From Escherichia coli (GTDB taxonomy: Bacteria > Pseudomonadota > Gammaproteobacteria > Enterobacterales > Enterobacteriaceae): DNA of 64,000 nt. The stretch is taken from the NCBI RefSeq assembly GCF_048403405.1, contig NZ_CP183129.1; one strand, written 5' to 3'. The notes beneath the pieces are model-generated. The model searched no databases. It was given only the letters and a program-made list of their open reading frames with translations, and was not told the DNA's origin. Positions 58,902 to 64,000 of this stretch are shown one piece after another. Positions within the stretch are counted from its first letter, which is position 1, and every line of letters begins with the position of its first letter. A program made the position numbers and the translations under genes.

Positions 58902-61598
58902 TTACTGCCAGCCGTAACGACGGCTATAGAACCCTTTCACCAACTGGGTTAACGTCATATACCCTGCCAGAATCGCAACCAGCCACGGGAAATAGCTTAA
59001 CGGCAGCGCCTGCAGCTGCAGATAACTGGCCAGCGGTGAAAACGGCAATGCGATCCCGACAATCATCACGATCACGGTCATGATCATTAACGGCCACGAT
59101 GCACAGCTCTGAATAAACGGTACACGACGGGTGCGGATCATATGCACAATCAGCGTTTGCGACAGTAAGCCCACCACAAACCAGCCCGACTGGAACAGCG
59201 TTTGCGTTTCCGGCGTGTTGGCATGGAATACCCACCACATCAGGCAAAACGTCAGAATATCGAAGATCGAGCTGATCGGTCCGAAGAAGATCATAAAGCG
59301 CCCCAGATCCGCCGGATTCCAACGCTGCGGCTTTTGAATTTGCTCGTCGTCGACGTTATCAAACGGGATCGCCACCTGTGACACATCGTACAGCAGGTTC
59401 TGAATAAGCAAGTGTAACGGCAACATCGGCAGGAAGGGCAAGAAAGCACTCGCCACCAGCACGCTGAACACATTACCGAAGTTAGAACTCGCCGTCATTT
59501 TGATGTATTTCAGCATGTTGGCGAAAGTGCGACGTCCCTCAATAACCCCCTCTTCCAGCACCATCAGGCTTTTTTCCAGCAGGATGATATCAGCCGCTTC
59601 ACGGGCAATATCTACCGCGCCGTCCACAGAAATGCCGATATCCGCAGCACGTAAGGCGGGCGCATCATTAATACCATCGCCCATAAAGCCAACCACATGC
59701 CCTTCGCGCTTCAGTAAGGTCACAATGCGTTCTTTATGCATCGGCGTCAGGCGAGCAAACAGCGTGGTGCGCTGTGCGAGATTTGCCAGTTCATCGTCAG
59801 ATAGCGTTTCAATATCACTACCAATGACCACCTCTCCCGCGTCCAGCCCCACTTCATGGCACACTTTCGCTGCAACTAACTCACTGTCGCCAGTAAGGAT
59901 TTTTACGGTAATGCCACTCGCTTTTAATGCCTTCAGTGCCGGAGCAGTTGTCTCTTTTGGCGGATCAAGGAAAGCAATATATCCTTCGAGGATCAGGTCG
60001 GATTCATCCGCTCGCTGGTAATCGCCTTCACGCGCTGGCAGGTATTTCGTCGCCACCGCAACCACGCGCAGCCCCTGACGATTCAGCGTATCAGTAACCC
60101 GCTTAATCTTACGCAGCATGGTGTCATCGAGCGGCACAATCTCGCCATTGTGACGCACCTGCGAACACACATTGAGGATTTCCTGCAATGCGCCTTTGCA
60201 AACCAGCTGATGGTGCTCGGTATTTTCTGCCACTACCACCGACATCCGGCGACGCTCGAAATCAAACGGAATCTCATCAATTTTTTGCCAACGGCTGGCC
60301 AGCGAGCGCGCTGACTCTTCATCCGTACCTTCGAGCACCGCGGTATCAAGCAGGTTTTTAAGTCCGGTCTGGTAATGACTGTTCAACCACGCGCTATGCA
60401 GCACGCGTTCGCTGGTTTTACCGGAGATATCGGTATGATTCTCCAGCACAATTTTGTCCTGCGTCAGGGTGCCGGTTTTATCAGTGCACAGAATATCCAT
60501 TGCGCCAAAGTTCTGAATGGCATCCAGATGCTTGACGATCACTTTCTGTTTCGACAGCTTTACTGCGCCGCGCGCCAGCGTCGAGGTAACAATCATCGGC
60601 AACATTTCTGGCGTTAAGCCTACCGCGACCGAAAGCGCAAACAGTGCCGCTTCCCACCAGTCACCTTTGGTGTAACCGTTGATAAGCAACACCACCGGAG
60701 CCATCACCAGCATAAAGCGAATCAGCAGCATACTGACGCGGCTGATCCCTTGCTGAAAGGCATTCGGCTCGCTTTCCTGCTCACTAACACGCCCCGCCAG
60801 TTGACCAAACCAAGTGTTGGCTCCTGTAGCAATCACCATTGCTTGTGCCGTGCCGCTCACCACGGTGGTGCCCATAAAACACAGGGTGTCGCACTCCAGC
60901 GGATTGCTGTGCTCCGGCTGGCGAGTAGTAGCGGCTTTTTCCACGGGCAGAGACTCACCGGTTAACGACGCCTGAGCGACGAACAGATCCCGCGCCTGCA
61001 AGATACGTAAATCTGCCGGGATCATATCCCCTGCCGCCAGTTTTATAATATCGCCGGGCACCAGCTGGTCGATCGGGATCTCCAGCCAGCCATTTTCGCC
61101 TTTGTCGTTAATTACGCGCAGCACCGTCGCAGTATTGCTGACCATCGCTTTCAGGGCATCTGCCGCTTTAGTGGAACGTGCTTCCTGAATAAAGTTCAGC
61201 AACGTAGAAATAGCGACCATTAGCGCGATAACGCCCGCGGCAAATAAATCTTCCGTGGCGTAAGAAATAGCGCCGAGAATGGTGAGTAAAATATTAAAGG
61301 GGTTGCGATAGCAGACCCATAAATGTACCCACCACGGCGACGGTTGTTGTGCGGGTAATTTATTTTCACCATGTTGTTCGCGGGCAGATTCCACTTCCGC
61401 CTGATTTAATCCCTCCGGATGGGTGTCGAACGTTTTCCACAATTCTTCTTCGGGCATCACCGCCATTTTCAGGCAATGCGCACTTAAGGACGGCGGGACC
61501 GCCGTATTCACTGTCTGCTGCGCGCCAGGCAATGGATCGCGATGAACCAGACGGGAAGGTAAATGGCGAATGAACCGGGTAAAAATTTCTTTAAACAT
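58902..61598 (-). CDS. mgtA: Mg2+-importing P-type ATPase
   Basis: 898 aa. The P-type phosphorylation motif CTDKTGTLT and hinge motif MGDGINDAPAL are visible. Confidence 0.95.
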   Translation of the reverse strand: MFKEIFTRFIRHLPSRLVHRDPLPGAQQTVNTAVPPSLSAHCLKMAVMPEEELWKTFDTHPEGLNQAEVESAREQHGENKLPAQQPSPWWVHLWVCYRNPFNILLTILGAISYATEDLFAAGVIALMVAISTLLNFIQEARSTKAADALKAMVSNTATVLRVINDKGENGWLEIPIDQLVPGDIIKLAAGDMIPADLRILQARDLFVAQASLTGESLPVEKAATTRQPEHSNPLECDTLCFMGTTVVSGTAQAMVIATGANTWFGQLAGRVSEQESEPNAFQQGISRVSMLLIRFMLVMAPVVLLINGYTKGDWWEAALFALSVAVGLTPEMLPMIVTSTLARGAVKLSKQKVIVKHLDAIQNFGAMDILCTDKTGTLTQDKIVLENHTDISGKTSERVLHSAWLNSHYQTGLKNLLDTAVLEGTDEESARSLASRWQKIDEIPFDFERRRMSVVVAENTEHHQLVCKGALQEILNVCSQVRHNGEIVPLDDTMLRKIKRVTDTLNRQGLRVVAVATKYLPAREGDYQRADESDLILEGYIAFLDPPKETTAPALKALKASGITVKILTGDSELVAAKVCHEVGLDAGEVVIGSDIETLSDDELANLAQRTTLFARLTPMHKERIVTLLKREGHVVGFMGDGINDAPALRAADIGISVDGAVDIAREAADIILLEKSLMVLEEGVIEGRRTFANMLKYIKMTASSNFGNVFSVLVASAFLPFLPMLPLHLLIQNLLYDVSQVAIPFDNVDDEQIQKPQRWNPADLGRFMIFFGPISSIFDILTFCLMWWVFHANTPETQTLFQSGWFVVGLLSQTLIVHMIRTRRVPFIQSCASWPLMIMTVIVMIVGIALPFSPLASYLQLQALPLSYFPWLVAILAGYMTLTQLVKGFYSRRYGWQ

Positions 61599-61862
61599 AA
61601 GGAGTCCCTCCGCACTGTCTGAAACAGTACAGAAATGTCTTCAGGCGTGGCGAAGCCTTACCTGAAGGTAATAAAGCTGAGCTGGGACGTTAAAACGTCA
61701 CGGCCTTACGCATCCGGTAACGCCGTGAAAAGACGGGCTTACCGGAAAAGTTTTAATCTCCGTCGAGGGAGAGGCGTGGGATCAGGTTCCATATAACCTC
61801 CGGTAAGTGAAAAAAGCGCCGCAAATAATAAGGAGAATCCAATAATATTCGTAGCATCTATG
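61599..61862 (-). promoter_or_regulatory. mgtA 5' leader (Mg2+- and proline-responsive attenuator region)
   Basis: A long untranslated leader contains the mgtL mini-ORF. The upstream limit is set from the recalled leader length of about 264 nt, not mapped here. Confidence 0.55.
61739..61792 (-). CDS. mgtL: mgtA leader peptide
   Basis: 17 codons: [17 protein letters not shown], stop TAA. Read directly from the reverse complement. Confidence 0.85.
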
Positions 61863-61976
61863 GCGATATAATACCTGCTGGCAACTAAACCAACGATAAA
61901 CCAGACTTTACCCATTGCTGAATGCACGGGTAAAGTTAGGCTCAAATAATTAAACAACACGTTACGGGACAACAGG

Positions 61977-62924
61977 ATGCAAAATCGGCTGACCATCAAA
62001 GACATCGCGCGCTTAAGCGGCGTGGGGAAATCTACGGTTTCCCGGGTGCTGAATAACGAAAGCGGCGTGAGCCAGCGCACGCGCGAGCGTGTTGAAGCAG
62101 TGATGAATCAGCATGGATTTTCCCCTTCCCGCTCTGCGCGCGCTATGCGTGGTCAAAGCGATAAAGTGGTCGCCATCATTGTTACCCGTCTGGATTCGTT
62201 GTCAGAAAATCTCGCCGTTCAAACCATGCTGCCAGCGTTCTATGAACAAGGTTACGACCCAATCATGATGGAAAGTCAGTTTTCCCCGCAATTAGTTGCC
62301 GAACATTTGGGGGTGCTGAAACGGCGTAATATCGACGGCGTAGTGCTGTTCGGTTTTACCGGCATAACAGAAGAAATGTTAGCCCACTGGCAGTCATCGC
62401 TGGTTCTGCTGGCGCGTGACGCAAAAGGCTTTGCTTCGGTCTGTTATGACGACGAAGGGGCAATCAAGATCCTGATGCAACGGCTGTATGACCAGGGACA
62501 TCGTAATATCAGTTATCTCGGCGTGCCGCATAGTGACGTGACGACCGGTAAGCGACGTCACGAAGCCTACCTGGCGTTCTGCAAAGCGCATAAATTGCAT
62601 CCCGTTGCCGCTCTGCCAGGGCTTGCTATGAAGCAAGGCTATGAAAACGTAGCAAAAGTGATTACGCCTGAAACTACCGCGTTACTGTGCGCAACCGACA
62701 CGCTGGCACTTGGCGCAAGTAAATACCTGCAAGAGCAACGCATCGACACCTTGCAACTGGCGAGCGTCGGTAATACACCGTTAATGAAATTCCTCCATCC
62801 GGAGATCGTCACCGTTGATCCCGGTTACGCCGAAGCTGGACGCCAGGCGGCCTGCCAGTTGATCGCGCAGGTAACCGGGCGCAGCGAACCGCAACAAATC
62901 ATCATCCCCGCCACCCTGTCCTGA
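61977..62924 (+). CDS. treR: Trehalose operon repressor (LacI family)
   Basis: 315 aa. The N-terminal HTH LTIKDIARLSGVGKSTVSRVLN is visible. Matches K-12 TreR. Confidence 0.9.
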   Translation: MQNRLTIKDIARLSGVGKSTVSRVLNNESGVSQRTRERVEAVMNQHGFSPSRSARAMRGQSDKVVAIIVTRLDSLSENLAVQTMLPAFYEQGYDPIMMESQFSPQLVAEHLGVLKRRNIDGVVLFGFTGITEEMLAHWQSSLVLLARDAKGFASVCYDDEGAIKILMQRLYDQGHRNISYLGVPHSDVTTGKRRHEAYLAFCKAHKLHPVAALPGLAMKQGYENVAKVITPETTALLCATDTLALGASKYLQEQRIDTLQLASVGNTPLMKFLHPEIVTVDPGYAEAGRQAACQLIAQVTGRSEPQQIIIPATLS

Positions 62925-63042
62925 TCGTTTCCTGAACGATAAATTGTGATCTTCGCTGCGTTTCGGGAACGTTCCCGTTTTTAAATTTTTCCGCGCAATA
63001 TATTCTGCAGCCAACCAAAAATGTCATCTGCCATGGGGCTTT

Positions 63043-64000
63043 ATGATGAGCAAAATAAACCAAACGGATATCGATCGGTTGATTGAACTGGTCGGCGGGC
63101 GCGGCAATATTGCGACAGTGAGCCACTGTATAACTCGCCTGCGCTTTGTCCTCAACCAACCGGCCAATGCCAGACCGAAAGAAATTGAGCAACTCCCCAT
63201 GGTGAAAGGCTGTTTCACCAATGCCGGGCAATTTCAGGTGGTAATTGGCACCAACGTGGGTGATTACTATCAAGCACTGATAGCGTCAACCGGACAGGCG
63301 CAGGTTGATAAAGAGCAGGTAAAAAAAGCCGCACGGCAGAATATGAAATGGCATGAGCAGTTGATCTCTCATTTCGCGGAGATCTTCTTCCCGTTGCTGC
63401 CCGCGTTGATTAGTGGTGGTTTGATCCTCGGTTTTCGCAATGTGATCGGCGATTTGCCCATGAGCAACGGTCAGACGCTGGCGCAAATGTACCCTTCCCT
63501 GCAAACGATCTACGATTTTCTGTGGTTGATCGGTGAAGCGATCTTCTTCTACCTACCGGTCGGGATTTGCTGGTCAGCGGTGAAAAAAATGGGCGGTACA
63601 CCGATCCTCGGTATCGTGCTTGGCGTAACGCTGGTTTCTCCACAGCTGATGAACGCTTATCTGCTCGGGCAGCAGCTGCCGGAAGTATGGGACTTTGGCA
63701 TGTTCAGCATCGCCAAAGTGGGCTATCAGGCGCAGGTGATCCCGGCACTGTTAGCCGGGCTGGCGCTGGGCGTTATTGAAACTCGTCTTAAGCGCATCGT
63801 GCCGGATTACCTCTATCTGGTGGTGGTGCCCGTCTGTTCGCTGATCCTCGCGGTGTTCCTCGCCCATGCGCTGATTGGTCCGTTTGGTCGCATGATTGGC
63901 AATGGCGTTGCCTTTGCGGTACGTCACCTGATGACCGGCAGCTTTGCTCCGATTGGCGCGGCATTGTTTGGCTTCCTGTACGCCCCGCTGGTGATCACCG
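63043..64000 (+). CDS. treB: PTS trehalose-specific EIIBC component (5' part; continues beyond the window)
   Basis: The frame is open from ATG 63043 to the window end: MMSKINQTDIDRLIELVGGRGNIATVSHCITRLRF. The EIIB Cys motif is followed by membrane segments. It is absent from the ORF track because it has no stop in the window. Confidence 0.9.
   Translation, partial: MMSKINQTDIDRLIELVGGRGNIATVSHCITRLRFVLNQPANARPKEIEQLPMVKGCFTNAGQFQVVIGTNVGDYYQALIASTGQAQVDKEQVKKAARQNMKWHEQLISHFAEIFFPLLPALISGGLILGFRNVIGDLPMSNGQTLAQMYPSLQTIYDFLWLIGEAIFFYLPVGICWSAVKKMGGTPILGIVLGVTLVSPQLMNAYLLGQQLPEVWDFGMFSIAKVGYQAQVIPALLAGLALGVIETRLKRIVPDYLYLVVVPVCSLILAVFLAHALIGPFGRMIGNGVAFAVRHLMTGSFAPIGAALFGFLYAPLVIT

Noticed and set aside
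61739-62080. 113-aa minus-strand ORF upstream of mgtA
   Set aside because: Only its last 17 codons ([17 protein letters not shown]) correspond to the known leader peptide mgtL. The long upstream extension overlaps the treR start region and is treated as spurious.

Overview
The window is Escherichia coli-type chromosome and splits into two parts.

**Core, about 33.0-64.0 kb.** This is conserved sequence. From memory it is collinear with the K-12 leuX-to-treB segment, read in reverse orientation. The genes in order are leuX tRNA-Leu(CAA), ahr, idnK / idnD-idnO-idnT-idnR, yjgR, lptG-lptF, pepA, holC-valS, yjgN, yjgM, rraB, argI, yjgL, tabA, bdcR/bdcA, yjgH, pyrL-pyrB-pyrI, ridA, mgtL-mgtA, treR and the 5' part of treB. 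The expected regulatory elements are present: ARG boxes, the pyrL attenuator, the mgtA leader and REP/BIME repeats.

**Accessory island, bases 1 to about 33.0 kb.** This is a genomic island inserted next to the 3' end of leuX. Its far boundary lies outside the window. Its P4-type integrase is dead, with two in-frame stops, one frameshift and probably a lost start codon. The island is packed with defence-type cargo:
1. A complete type 1 BREX operon, brxA-brxB-brxC-pglX-pglZ-brxL (16.1-31.0 kb).
2. An ABC-type ATPase plus a small TOPRIM-like protein, translationally coupled inside the BREX operon between pglX and pglZ (20.8-22.5 kb).
3. A decayed IS3-family element (about 14.6-15.8 kb).
4. An AT-rich operon of five ORFs that I cannot assign to any named system (12.0-14.5 kb). 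It encodes a glycine-zipper-tailed protein, a zinc-ribbon protein, a Cys/His-rich 324-aa protein, a T5orf172/GIY-YIG-like domain and a 116-aa ORF. This is my best candidate for an undescribed system.
5. A CP4-type prophage-remnant backbone: WYL regulator, frameshifted YfjP/YeeP-like GTPase, DUF932, RadC-like protein, CbeA/CbtA toxin-antitoxin pair, DUF4942, YagK/YfjJ-like protein and AlpA-like protein.
6. An AbiEi/AbiEii-like pair, an HNH endonuclease and a truncated restriction-enzyme-like fragment.

I saw no CRISPR array, rRNA gene or retron-like structure. All family assignments rest on motif and sequence recognition by eye and memory. No searches were run.
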